This document shows, in pieces, positions 37,728 through 48,666 of a stretch of DNA of 64,000 nucleotides (within the stretch, counting starts at the first letter, position 1; each line of letters opens with the position of its first letter). The DNA is from a virus (taxonomy: Duplodnaviria; Caudoviricetes), in the IMG/VR virus record IMGVR_UViG_3300037067_011000, positions 1 to 64,000 of that record, one strand, 5' to 3'. The notes below the pieces were generated by a model, which saw nothing but the letters and a program-made list of their open reading frames with translations, did not search any database and had not been told where the DNA came from. The translations under genes were made by a program, and so were the position numbers.

Positions 37728-40662
37728 ATGGAAAATAGTCAGAAAGCAAATATAAAATATCCTAAATATAAAATCATAGAGGGAGTATTTGAATGTGGAT
37801 ATCGAATATTAGTTCCTCCAGAGGGTGTATTTTCATGGGCAGGACATACTCATTTTTGTTCTCACGAATCTATTAGGGAAGAAAAAAAGACTTGTGAATT
37901 TGAAAAAGATTATGGATGGTCAATCAATAAAGGCAATTTTCCAATTTATTGTCCATTAAAAAACATAAGATAAAAATGGTAAAAGAATTAATGTTTACAA
38001 AAAAAGTAGGAATCACAGATTCCGATTTATTTGATTGGATTGAGGCATTTTATTCAAAACAAGGAATAAAAGCAAATAAATCCATTGTGATATCTCATAA
38101 TATTACAGAAAAATTAGTGGATTACTTATTTAATGAAATTGATAAAAAAATTAATAAAAGCAACTAAATAACTATAAGATGGAAACAGATGGTAAAAAAT
38201 TAATTGAAAAAATATGCAATCTTTTAAGAGAAGAAGACATATTACTTTACGATGCTCATATTAGACAGAAAATAGAGTCACTTTCTGCACAACAATTAAA
38301 AGACTTAATTGAGGGTAAAGAGATATGAAAATACACTTTGAATTTAATTTCTGATTATGGCTTTGTAGGTTCTCTTATAAGAGGATGAAAATAGCTATTA
38401 ATAAACTTCCAGTAGGCATTCTGGGAATGCGTGACCCCGACAATAGATGTGCTGGATATACTCCAAAAAAGCGATTACGGGGAGACGCTCTTAATGATTG
38501 TGAAAGCGACGAGCATTATCTTTGCAATGAATGTGCATTTAAAAACAAAGGTGAATCAATTAATGAATAATTATACTATGAAAGAGCAAATTGTATTTTT
38601 AAAAACTAAAAAAGGATAGAACATGAAAATATTAAAAGTAACTTATAGAGCGATCACTTGGGATAATTATCAGGGTGGTGCCGGACTTCCGTTTAATGGA
38701 ACTGAATATATTAAAGTTGGAGGTGATGAAACGATATTTGATTTAGAAGGAATTGCAGAAAGAACAATAAAGTCAAAGAAAGGGACATTTACTGAAATAT
38801 TTGAAATAATGACTCTTGAAATAATCAATCCAATTGAACCTAAATAACTACTCCTATGAGCAAAACACCTAAAGAGTTTGTAAAAGACAAACTAAATGAA
38901 AAAACAGGGCAGGGGACAACCCTCTATGAGCATTATTTGGCGCACGATACAACAGTAAGCATCGGGACGGTTGTTTCTTGGATGGAGGAATACGCTTCAC
39001 TATCACAACCAATTGGCAAAACAGATGAACTGATAAGTAAACTAATTTCCTCATTAGAATATCAAATAAAGGAAATTAAAGTATTACATGATACAATGGA
39101 TGAAGTATCTTGGAATGATCAACAAGGTGTAATTATTACTGGTATTGAGGCTGAATTTATTATTTCAAAACTTACTGGCCATGTTGATAATGAACCTATT
39201 TCGTCCTTGAAAGAACAGATTAAAAAGGAAGAGACATTACCAAGTGATGCAAAAGAAGATAAGCTCAAGGGTATTATCCGTGAAGTAATCTGGCAGTACT
39301 GCTATGGCAAGGGAAGTACTGATGCTTTGTTTAATTATAAAGACATCGAGGATGTTACGCATGATATAATAGAACTATATTTTCAACCGGAATAGGCTTA
39401 TTTAAGTCTCAAATCAAACAATCAAAAATATGAATAAGAAAACACTTAAAGAGATACTTTATTCTTTTGTTAATAAAGAATATTTAGAAGTTGCTGGAAT
39501 CCATGATGCCATTATTTGTGCAATGAAAGAATATCAATTACAGTTTTCTCAACTCCCTGCCGTAACAGATGGGCAGATAGATATGTTTATATCTGAAGTT
39601 GATCTATGTCAATTTAACAATTATTATGAAGCAATAAGGTTTGGCATAACATCTTACCGTGACGGTCTTATCCCTGCTTCCAGCAATACTGTAAAGGAGG
39701 AAATCGAAACAGTAGAATTTCCAAATGACACTTTTGAAATAAGTACTACAAAAACTTGCAATAAGGTAATTACTGAGGTAGATAAATGTGAGTGTGGTCA
39801 TATAGTACCTTTGGGTTTTATTATTTGGAATCAGGATGGGGATAGTACCTGTATTAATTGTATAAATGACATATTAATTGACAGACTTGTTAAAAAAAAT
39901 AAGCAGATTAAAAGCCTTAAAAATAAACTTAAAAAGATTATCTCTTCCGCCCCAGACATTAAGCAGGGGAAAGAAGACTATAAGACTAAATACGAAAAAT
40001 GTATTAAAATCATTAAGAAGTTTGATGCAGGTATTATTGGAATGTATGATTTATAAACTAAGTCAAATGGAAGAAAAAGAACTTATATTAAAGATGAAGG
40101 AATTGATTCACTATTTAAAAAGACAGATTAATTATGGTGAATCATATTCTTGTATAAATGTAATTAGAAAATACGAATTTGAAATTCCATCTATTGAAGA
40201 TAAGATTAAAGAAAAGGAAAAAGGAGAGTACTGTTCTTGCATTAATGAAGGGTGTACAAACAGAAACGGGATAACTGTATGTGGGAATTGTTTACAACCA
40301 ATTAATCCTATTTATCTAAAAGGTAAGTAATTGATTAACTAATAACAAAACAAATGACAGACAAACAGAGTGCTATAATTGAAAAACAGGATAATGAAAT
40401 TAATTACATGCAAATACGAGAATTAACAGATGAAGAATGGTTAAAACTTCCCAAAGAAGAAATACTTCAACTTTATAAGAATTGTTATTCAATACTTATG
40501 AATTATATTAAGTTATCCAAGAAAAGTTCTTCTGGTATGCGTGAATTTGTAATATCTGAAATTCAAAAAGGCATTGTTCACCCAAATCCTTTAACAACGT
40601 CAGAAATGCGAGTTTTGGATCTTTGTTGTAAATATATGGAAACTCATCCTGTAAAAAAATGA
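37728..40662 (+). other. Accessory cluster of hypothetical ORFs (37728-37973, 37976-38167, 38385-38570, 38623-38847, 38856-39395, 39430-40056, 40067-40330, 40354-40662)
   Basis: Same-strand ORFs, several with Cys-x2-Cys clusters; no recognisable families. Confidence 0.5.
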
Positions 40663-41075
40663 CAGTAGCAGAAAAAAAAGAGATAGTCTTGATTAAAAAC
40701 CAATTAAATACTATACTTGAAAAGATAAATAGTTTTGAAGTGCAACGTCCTATGCCTCAACTCATCCTTAAAAAGGATGACAGGATAAGATATGTTATGG
40801 ATACTATATGTGATTACTATGGAGTAAATCAGGCAACACTTGTGAAAAGGTATAGAGATTCCCACTATGCATTACGAAAAAAACTTACTATAAAATTACT
40901 CAGGGACATTGCAGACATCACTTATCAGGATGTGGGGGATGCCTTAGGGATGACTCAGGAAGCATCCCAAATCTCATATACAGAAATAAATGAAATATTG
41001 CAAGAAGATACCTATGGAAATAAAGAACTTAAACAAGAATATAAAACCCTTCTTAAATATTTATTAAGGATATAA
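40659..41075 (+). CDS. HTH protein resembling DnaA domain IV
   Basis: VMDTICDYYGVNQATLVKRYR...ALRKKLTIKLLRDIADITYQDVGDALG. Confidence 0.55.
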   Translation: MTVAEKKEIVLIKNQLNTILEKINSFEVQRPMPQLILKKDDRIRYVMDTICDYYGVNQATLVKRYRDSHYALRKKLTIKLLRDIADITYQDVGDALGMTQEASQISYTEINEILQEDTYGNKELKQEYKTLLKYLLRI

Positions 41076-41078
41076 CAT

Positions 41079-41113
41079 AAAAAAAGGAGTTTGACCAATC
41101 ATATCAAACCCCT
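41079..41113 (-). terminator. Rho-independent terminator of the minus-strand late/lysis operon
   Basis: On the minus strand: AGGGGTTTGA-loop-TCAAACTCCT followed by a T run, between convergent genes. Confidence 0.75.
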
Positions 41114-41130
41114 ATTACAAAGATGCTTGT

Positions 41131-41772
41131 TTACTTGTTATTAAATAATTTAATTCCTGTTTTAATACTATGTATATTTGTAGATCCAAATCTTTGGTAT
41201 TCATACCCTATTAAAGTTTCCTTTTTAGTTATAAAATCTAATCCACCACCGAATAAAAATGCAGATTTATTTCCTCCTGCTGTACCATACCCATAAAATC
41301 CATTTTTAGGCACTTTAACGATAGTTTCTATTGGATAAGGTTTGGGGACGAAAATACTGTCAACCTCTCTTATAAAAGTTATTACAGGTGTGTACTGCCA
41401 TTTTCTATTAAGTAACGTTCCTTTGATTTTTAAATCCACAGAAACATTGATATCTTTTCGTGTTAAAGCATCATGATAATACTTAATAGTTGTGTCTTTT
41501 GAATCTATAACCGGCATAGGGATAAAGTTATCTATAAAAACAGTATCTCCTTTTTGATAAATTGTATCAATATGAATAATAGGGGGTTTATCTGCCAAAG
41601 CAATCATACTATCCCAAATATCTTTTTTTACAATTACTTCATCCTTTGCAGGGCAAGGCTCTGATCTTTTACATTCTCTTAAATAAAGAATATAGAATAT
41701 TGCCACTATAAGGAGAACTAAGAAACCGTTCCCTAATATTTTCTTTAATAATTCTTGTACCCATGTTTTCAT
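41131..41772 (-). CDS. Putative spanin-like or membrane-anchored lysis accessory protein
   Basis: N-terminal TM segment; last gene of the lysis cluster; C-terminal beta-rich segment. Confidence 0.4.
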   Translation of the reverse strand: MKTWVQELLKKILGNGFLVLLIVAIFYILYLRECKRSEPCPAKDEVIVKKDIWDSMIALADKPPIIHIDTIYQKGDTVFIDNFIPMPVIDSKDTTIKYYHDALTRKDINVSVDLKIKGTLLNRKWQYTPVITFIREVDSIFVPKPYPIETIVKVPKNGFYGYGTAGGNKSAFLFGGGLDFITKKETLIGYEYQRFGSTNIHSIKTGIKLFNNK

Positions 41773-42008
41773 TTTGGTTCAGGAGTTAAAATATCACCTT
41801 TGGAATTTGTTAATAAATTCTTAACTAAATAAGATAAGAATGCAATAATAGCAGCAATCCCCATTCTTTTAAAGAGGGATAAATCCACAGAAGAACCTAT
41901 TTGCAGTTCATTAGCAAGAAATGTAATTACAGCAGTAATCACAGCAAGGACAAGTCCTTTAAAAAAGTCTCTTGCATTTAACATAAATAATTTAGCTTTT
42001 GTTTTCAT
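41769..42008 (-). CDS. Holin
   Basis: 79 aa, two TM segments, charged termini, adjacent to the endolysin candidate. Confidence 0.65.
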   Translation of the reverse strand: MKTKAKLFMLNARDFFKGLVLAVITAVITFLANELQIGSSVDLSLFKRMGIAAIIAFLSYLVKNLLTNSKGDILTPEPK

Positions 42009-42012
42009 AGTT

Positions 42013-42465
42013 TTACTCTTTAATTGTTATAAATGTACGTTTACCTTCTTTTTTTGCATTGTCAATAAGATCAATAATATATTTTTCCCAATAATCCCCA
42101 TTTATTAAACTACCTTTAATTTTATTTTCCCCTACACCAATACACCCTTCCGTACCTTTTGCAGTTTTTAGTTTATGTATTCTTATTCCTGTAAACCCAA
42201 CTACATCTAAAAACAAAGGAAGTCTTCTTTTTAATTTGGGGGAATCAGAAACAATTACTTCATATCTCCCACAGGAGATTGCTGTTTCCCCATAAATCTT
42301 CCCTTCCCCTTCATCTGTAAAATCCCCATCATGGTTGGTGTCTTGTAGATTTCTTACTTTATCTTCTAATGAATTGCACAAGAACTTCCCATCACATAGA
42401 AAATTTCCTATTGTATAGGTTGGAAGAAACCATTTTCTAAATACAACTAACTCTAATGTTTTCAT
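42013..42465 (-). CDS. Putative endolysin (DUF5675-like peptidase)
   Basis: TYTIGNF, CNSLED, IYGETAISCGRY, GFTGIRIH...TEGCIGVG. Confidence 0.72.
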   Translation of the reverse strand: MKTLELVVFRKWFLPTYTIGNFLCDGKFLCNSLEDKVRNLQDTNHDGDFTDEGEGKIYGETAISCGRYEVIVSDSPKLKRRLPLFLDVVGFTGIRIHKLKTAKGTEGCIGVGENKIKGSLINGDYWEKYIIDLIDNAKKEGKRTFITIKE

Positions 42466-42986
42466 TATTTCACTAATTTAACTGAATCACTTATACCCTG
42501 GATATTGTATTTAACATAACCCCCTCTTGTTACCTTTGATACACCCTCTTGCATACGTATTTCTCTTTTGACTGTATCTTTTACTTCTTTGCCATTAGTA
42601 AAGTTAAAATACACCGTAAATGCAAAACCAAGAGCCACAATTAAAAATGAAAGTGCTTTTATCCACATAGCAATTACAGTTCTTTTTTCAGTTTTAATTT
42701 CTTTCTCTGTTTTACCTGATGCCTTTTTTCCTATGGATTCTTCATGTAATTCTTTAACTATTCCAGAAATCCCTGTAAGTTTTTCATTGATTTGATTTAC
42801 AGTATTCCCCATCATATTTAATTTATACACATACCCTTCTTCTGGGGTTCCGTTTCCAGTAATTATTATAGATAATTTATCTGTATTTTTTATCAACTTT
42901 TCAATTTTCTCCTCTTGAGTACACACATGAATAACTTTCACAGGGATTCCCTTTTTAGGACTTTTTCTTAAAGATGATGTTTGCAT
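42465..42986 (-). CDS. Membrane protein (coiled coil plus one TM) of the lysis region
   Basis: Single hydrophobic segment IAMWIKALSFLIVALGFAFTVYF. Confidence 0.5.
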   Translation of the reverse strand: MQTSSLRKSPKKGIPVKVIHVCTQEEKIEKLIKNTDKLSIIITGNGTPEEGYVYKLNMMGNTVNQINEKLTGISGIVKELHEESIGKKASGKTEKEIKTEKRTVIAMWIKALSFLIVALGFAFTVYFNFTNGKEVKDTVKREIRMQEGVSKVTRGGYVKYNIQGISDSVKLVK

Positions 42987-43007
42987 AGTGTATAGTTTTT
43001 AGTTAGT

Positions 43008-46000
43008 TTATAATGAAGAAAAACCAATGCCTGTAGCATACCATTCGGAATGTCTTCCATCCCATATAAGCGTAACTGTTTCTCCTGGCATTAAATCAAT
43101 AGATGTTTCTACCCCCCCTGCCCAAATAATATTATTCCCATTTCCATTTATTGTAAATATTGGTTTAGTCCAATCAGGGATTCCCAAATTATAAGTTAAA
43201 GAATTTATTATTGTTGTTATTTGCCCAATTGGAGCATTTTCTAATTCAGATGTTTCAGGTAATGTTAAAGTGGTATTCGTCCCTCCATTATCTAATGTAT
43301 ATACACGGGATAGAGTATGTACTTCAAGATTTCCTTGAACAGAATACACATAAAAAGATTGACCATCATGACATATATTTCCATTTGATTTTAAATAGAA
43401 CATATCAGAAGTACCACAATACAATTTATCTGTCCCTATATTCCATCCTGCTACTGTACCACTTGTAGCTTTTAATACTCCTGCTAAAGTCACACTAAAA
43501 GGGGCACTTGCAAAAGTATCATGTCCTAAGTGTATTCCTGCTGTAGTACTTAGACTTATTCTTGTAGCACCGAAACCTGCTATTAATGTTGTTGTAGATA
43601 ATGTGAAACCTCCCACAGTTCCAGAACTTGCTGTAAGCACACCTGCTGATGTTACTCTAAATGGTGCTGATGCTTGTGCCGTTGCTCCTGCCCAAAAGCC
43701 ACCTGCTGCTTGCATTTCTACTCTTGTAGCACCTGTCCCTGCATATAATTCACTTGCAGTAATAGTAAATCCACCAATGGTTCCTGAACTTGCTGTAAGT
43801 ACACCTGCTTCTGTTACTCTAAATGGAGCAGAGGAAGGTGTTACATGTCCTGCCCAAAATCTAACATCATCACCTACTGTAACAGTACTGGACATTCCTA
43901 CAACACCTGCTGCATCCATTAAAGTTGTTGTCCCTATAACCCAACCTCCTATTGCCCCTGTTGTTGCTGTTATACCTCCTATAATAGTTAAATCTGCACC
44001 ATCCCATTTAAACCCTTTTACTAAAGCCCCACCTGAAACAGTCCCAACACGCATTTTATATGTTGTGTCTTTTCCCATCCAAATACCATCTTGCACTAAA
44101 AATCCCGATGGTAGTATTGTCCCCATAGCAAATGACAAGCCTGTATGATCTAATTTAACAGTATTTATAGCACCATCATAAAGTAGTAAATCAATTCCAT
44201 GTAATTCAAAATGTTGATCAGAAGCTAAAAAATATTGTTGGGCGGTTGTATTACCTGCAAAAAACCCCCACTCATCTCCAATTCCTGCAATACCATCTAA
44301 TTGTCCTGTACGAGTACGTACTGTTTGTGTCCAAGGATCAGTTTCCCAAGTTACCACTTGTTGGTAAGGACTCCCCGCAGCATCTATTGTTGTCGTTTCA
44401 ATGAATCCATCTCCTGTTACTCCAAAATCTAAAATAATTGCACCTTTTAAAACAGTCTCCCCAGAAGCCGTTCCTGCATCTATTGCAGACCTACTAAAAG
44501 TATAATGTTGATACCCAGGTTCATCTCCTGTTGCTGCATGATGGTCTATAAAAGTTACCCTCCCCCAAGCATTTGCTATAATAAAACTCCCATCATCATC
44601 TCTATTAAACAACCTTAGTTGAACCCAATCATTGTTTGCAAATACATTTGCTATGGAACCTGGAAGATCCTCAACTTCTATTTGCACACTTGCTCCTTTA
44701 GCAGGAATTACAACATCAGCATGTAATATAGCCACACTTTTTGAAATTACCTGTGCCCCTGCCAATGCTTGTTCTAAATCTGCAACAAATCTTTTAGCGT
44801 GCATTTCATCAACAGACAAATATCTAAAATCTGCCCCACCACTTCTTCCATCTGCCATATGGTAAATTCCCCATCCTGTTGTTCTACTTACCCAATCTGC
44901 TGAACAAATTGTATCTGTATGTGGAATTAAAATATCATTTCCAGTAGCAGCAATAGTTAAGTCTCCATTTGTATCCGTTGTAAAGGAGGTATATTTTGCA
45001 TCATCATACCCCAATCTTAATTGTTCTGTTGTAGCTAACGAATGTATTTTAGCAGACACCGTTGTTGCCCCAGCTGAAATTGTCCCGTCTACTAAAATAT
45101 TATCTATGCCTGGATCAGATGTTCCCCCAACATGGATACCCCCGACTGTTTTTATAAGTCCTGTAAATGTGGATATGCCTGTTACTCCTAAAGTGCCGTC
45201 TATTAGTGCATTATTATCACCAGCATCACTATCCCCTCCAACATGCAGACCCCCATTAATTGAAAGTTTTGAACTCGGAGTGGCAGTACCAATACCTACA
45301 TTTGCACCTTTTAATACTACATTATTAGTAGTCGCATCACTTGAAATTCGCAATGGGTATGTACCATCGGTATTGTTTTTTAATACAAATTCATCAACAG
45401 TAGCCCCAAAATAATACTCATCAGCTCCTGTAACGGCCAATCTAATATGTGTATTGGATGTTATTTCATTAACAGTTGTAACCCCAGTAAATGTAGGACT
45501 TGCAGAAAATACAATATTGGTAGTTGCCGTTCCTGTTGTACCTGTTGCCCCTGTTAGATAATTTAATTTTGTGGAAGTACTTGTTAAAGCAACTGCCTCA
45601 TTTATATTCGGACTGGTTAATGTTTTATTTGTTAAAGTCTGTGTCCCATCTATAGTAACCACACTTGTTGCAGTATTTGTAGGTGTGGTAATTTTTAAAG
45701 TACCTACATTGAGTGTTAATATTCCTGAACTATGAGTTAATGTCACATTAGAATTTGCATAATTTAATACTGCACCTGAAGCAAGAAATAAGTCAGACCA
45801 TCCTAATGAAGTTGTTCCTAAGTATGCTCCATCGTTTGCATCTGGAACTATACCTATATTTGAAACCATCAAACTGTCAAATATAGTATGATGTGCCTCC
45901 GTATGTTCCCCAATATGATCTGCAAGTATTGTTGTAGTATGTATTGTTGTGGCAGATACTGTCCCTGTAAATGTGGGGTCTGCTAATTTAGCATATAATG

Positions 46001-46208
46001 CACTTTCAACACCATCAAATAAATCTGCATCTAATCCTGATCCTGCCCCATCCACACCCAATAATGCAGTAAGAATTTCCCCAGCAGTCATTGACCCACT
46101 ACCCCCACCAGATACACTCACACCTTTACTTGAAGTTGATCCTCCTGAATATATCTGTTTATCCCTGCGAACAGGTAGTAGTGATTTTTGTGTGATTATA
46201 ATTGCCAT
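43008..46208 (-). CDS. Tail fibre / distal tail protein
   Basis: 1066 aa, Thr/Gly/Ala-rich; LDADLFDG motif; three F(R/S)VTxAGVLxAxSGT(I/V)(G/A)G repeats; after the tape measure. Confidence 0.7.
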   Translation of the reverse strand: MAIIITQKSLLPVRRDKQIYSGGSTSSKGVSVSGGGSGSMTAGEILTALLGVDGAGSGLDADLFDGVESALYAKLADPTFTGTVSATTIHTTTILADHIGEHTEAHHTIFDSLMVSNIGIVPDANDGAYLGTTSLGWSDLFLASGAVLNYANSNVTLTHSSGILTLNVGTLKITTPTNTATSVVTIDGTQTLTNKTLTSPNINEAVALTSTSTKLNYLTGATGTTGTATTNIVFSASPTFTGVTTVNEITSNTHIRLAVTGADEYYFGATVDEFVLKNNTDGTYPLRISSDATTNNVVLKGANVGIGTATPSSKLSINGGLHVGGDSDAGDNNALIDGTLGVTGISTFTGLIKTVGGIHVGGTSDPGIDNILVDGTISAGATTVSAKIHSLATTEQLRLGYDDAKYTSFTTDTNGDLTIAATGNDILIPHTDTICSADWVSRTTGWGIYHMADGRSGGADFRYLSVDEMHAKRFVADLEQALAGAQVISKSVAILHADVVIPAKGASVQIEVEDLPGSIANVFANNDWVQLRLFNRDDDGSFIIANAWGRVTFIDHHAATGDEPGYQHYTFSRSAIDAGTASGETVLKGAIILDFGVTGDGFIETTTIDAAGSPYQQVVTWETDPWTQTVRTRTGQLDGIAGIGDEWGFFAGNTTAQQYFLASDQHFELHGIDLLLYDGAINTVKLDHTGLSFAMGTILPSGFLVQDGIWMGKDTTYKMRVGTVSGGALVKGFKWDGADLTIIGGITATTGAIGGWVIGTTTLMDAAGVVGMSSTVTVGDDVRFWAGHVTPSSAPFRVTEAGVLTASSGTIGGFTITASELYAGTGATRVEMQAAGGFWAGATAQASAPFRVTSAGVLTASSGTVGGFTLSTTTLIAGFGATRISLSTTAGIHLGHDTFASAPFSVTLAGVLKATSGTVAGWNIGTDKLYCGTSDMFYLKSNGNICHDGQSFYVYSVQGNLEVHTLSRVYTLDNGGTNTTLTLPETSELENAPIGQITTIINSLTYNLGIPDWTKPIFTINGNGNNIIWAGGVETSIDLMPGETVTLIWDGRHSEWYATGIGFSSL

Positions 46209-46209
46209 A

Positions 46210-48666
46210 TTACGCTATTGTTTCTCGTGTATCAGTCAATTCAATCATTTCCACATCTAACATTTCTTCTTTGTCTATATATGTTCCTGATACTATATAA
46301 AAAGATTTATCTGGTAAAAATGCAGAATCTTGTATTAGTTTAGTACGAATATTTAATGGTTGATCTATCATATTTAAACGACCTTTTAATGTAAGTCTGG
46401 GATTTTTATATTGACTCATAAAAGATTGTAAACACAATTGTGTGGTAGAATATAAATCAGAATCAACACCCCTATGTAACCCCTCTATATTATCTCCTGC
46501 TAAAGTACACAAAGAAGATTTAAACGCCCCTCTGCTACAACCATAAGGTCCTGTACCGGATGTTACAGATTTTTCAAAATCATCTTCTCCTGTTAAATTA
46601 GTACTAAGAATTGCTTTTTCTTCTATTCCATTATTTCCTATATTTTCTCTTGAAACAGTATGGACAACTTCAATTTTTATATCTTTTATAAATACCCTTA
46701 CTGCCAAATATGTATAATTATATACCATATTTGTAGAATACCCAGATTCAATGTGATTATACCCCACACCGAAATAAGGAGTGCCGGAAGTAGTAATACG
46801 AAATATAAGTGTATCTGTTAATGTTGTATAAGATATTATTTGATATGTTGTTTCTGCTACAGTAGAACCAAAAGCTGTTGGATTATTACTTACATCATGC
46901 CAAACACCAGAAACAACACTCCCAGAAGGAACTGTTGTGTTTATACCTGTTACAGCATTGTTAATTACAAGATACTCTCTATCATCTAAATTTGCATGTG
47001 TTTTAAATCCTACAACAGTCACATCAATAGAACTGTCTGTTACTCTTGCCCATGTTACCCCTGTTGTACCATGTGAATTTGTTTTTGCTGTGGTAATGGC
47101 TGTAAAAAACGAGGTTGTATTTGGTATGATTTGATCATCTATTACAGGAGCCGTCGACATATCATCTAATATTTCTACTATAACATCCCCTGAAATAATG
47201 GGATCAACATATCCCCAAAGAGGAATATCAATACTTGCAGTTACCCATTGACCATTAATTGTACTTGTAAGATAATCTGCCTGTAATTCACTTCCTGCAA
47301 CCCATAATTCTTGCCATTTATCTGTACCAGAGGAATCCTCTGAATTGTCCCAATCTGTGCCACCTTTCCAATAATACTCACCAATTTTAACTGTAACAGG
47401 AATAATTAAACGATTTATTTCCACACCTTCTGTAGAAACATACATATCTCTACCACTATCTAATTTTGTGCAAAGATATACTTCCATACTTAATCTTAAA
47501 CAAATATTCTCATCCTCAATTACAACAGCATCCATAAATTCATAACTTATTTCTTCTTTAGAATCTGTTAATTGTAACCCATATTCAGGAGCAGAGTATT
47601 CATATTGTTTAATAGCAATTTGTATATTACTTGCAGAAGAAATCACCCAGTTTTTATATTCTATTGTATTGTTTAAATACCATGATCCACCATCCTGACT
47701 AACAAAACTCCCTTCTACAACCCAATTATCCTCATTATCAAAAGTGTAAGTACTTTCTGTAAAATTATAAGGATCATATTTAATTATAGCTTTACACACA
47801 TTTGCAACAATATCTTCTTGTGTATTATTGTCCCCCCAACGAATATCTCTATCAGTAATATTTAAGTATCCCCCTAAAACAATAGGTGTTTCTGATCCCC
47901 ATGTATTTTGATTGTATGATTTTCCTTTTGATGTGTCATGTAAATTAATTGGGTCAACCACATAAATAGAGTCTCCTTCAAACCACATACTTAATCCCAA
48001 ACCTCCCATAATACTTTCTAATACTTCTCTACAAGACATTGGTTCAGCATTCTCATCTATAAAATTTTCATTGAATAACTCCAAATAAAGAAAAGGATTT
48101 GTATCCGTACTGGTTATTTGAATGTCATTGCTTGTATAAACAAGATTCCAAGAAAGTTCTAATTTAGATAGTACATTATTTATAATTTGTCCTACTGTTT
48201 GTTTTCCTGAATAATTATCTGTTGTTTTATAAAGAATTTTATCTAATAATGACATCCCATCATTACAATTTATTTTTATTTCTGAAATAACAGGATTACT
48301 ATATCCCTCGGAAAATACTCTCGCATCTATAAATCCTTGCCATCTTAAAATACCACCTGCATCACTACTTGCATCACTATCTGTGTCTGTTACACCATCC
48401 CAAACTTGTACTTTCCATTCCTGTGGGTCTGCTGTATATAATTCTAACATTGCTAAAGGTGTTCCCACAACAGAAATTGTTGCCCCAGAACCTGTAGTAG
48501 GAGTAAATATATCTTGTAAATCCCCTTCCCAAGAATATTCAAATGGAGAAGCCCCCCCTTTAAATGTATATATGGTAGAAGAATACCCTCTTTGAAGAAT
48601 GTCTATTGTTGTAAATCCTCCACTTAGTCTATAATACTGTAAACGATATTTTACACCATGAGCCAT
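46210..48666 (-). CDS. Tail/baseplate hub-type structural protein
   Basis: 818 aa directly after the tape measure; INCNDGMSLLD...CREVLESIM pattern. Confidence 0.6.
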   Translation of the reverse strand: MAHGVKYRLQYYRLSGGFTTIDILQRGYSSTIYTFKGGASPFEYSWEGDLQDIFTPTTGSGATISVVGTPLAMLELYTADPQEWKVQVWDGVTDTDSDASSDAGGILRWQGFIDARVFSEGYSNPVISEIKINCNDGMSLLDKILYKTTDNYSGKQTVGQIINNVLSKLELSWNLVYTSNDIQITSTDTNPFLYLELFNENFIDENAEPMSCREVLESIMGGLGLSMWFEGDSIYVVDPINLHDTSKGKSYNQNTWGSETPIVLGGYLNITDRDIRWGDNNTQEDIVANVCKAIIKYDPYNFTESTYTFDNEDNWVVEGSFVSQDGGSWYLNNTIEYKNWVISSASNIQIAIKQYEYSAPEYGLQLTDSKEEISYEFMDAVVIEDENICLRLSMEVYLCTKLDSGRDMYVSTEGVEINRLIIPVTVKIGEYYWKGGTDWDNSEDSSGTDKWQELWVAGSELQADYLTSTINGQWVTASIDIPLWGYVDPIISGDVIVEILDDMSTAPVIDDQIIPNTTSFFTAITTAKTNSHGTTGVTWARVTDSSIDVTVVGFKTHANLDDREYLVINNAVTGINTTVPSGSVVSGVWHDVSNNPTAFGSTVAETTYQIISYTTLTDTLIFRITTSGTPYFGVGYNHIESGYSTNMVYNYTYLAVRVFIKDIKIEVVHTVSRENIGNNGIEEKAILSTNLTGEDDFEKSVTSGTGPYGCSRGAFKSSLCTLAGDNIEGLHRGVDSDLYSTTQLCLQSFMSQYKNPRLTLKGRLNMIDQPLNIRTKLIQDSAFLPDKSFYIVSGTYIDKEEMLDVEMIELTDTRETIA

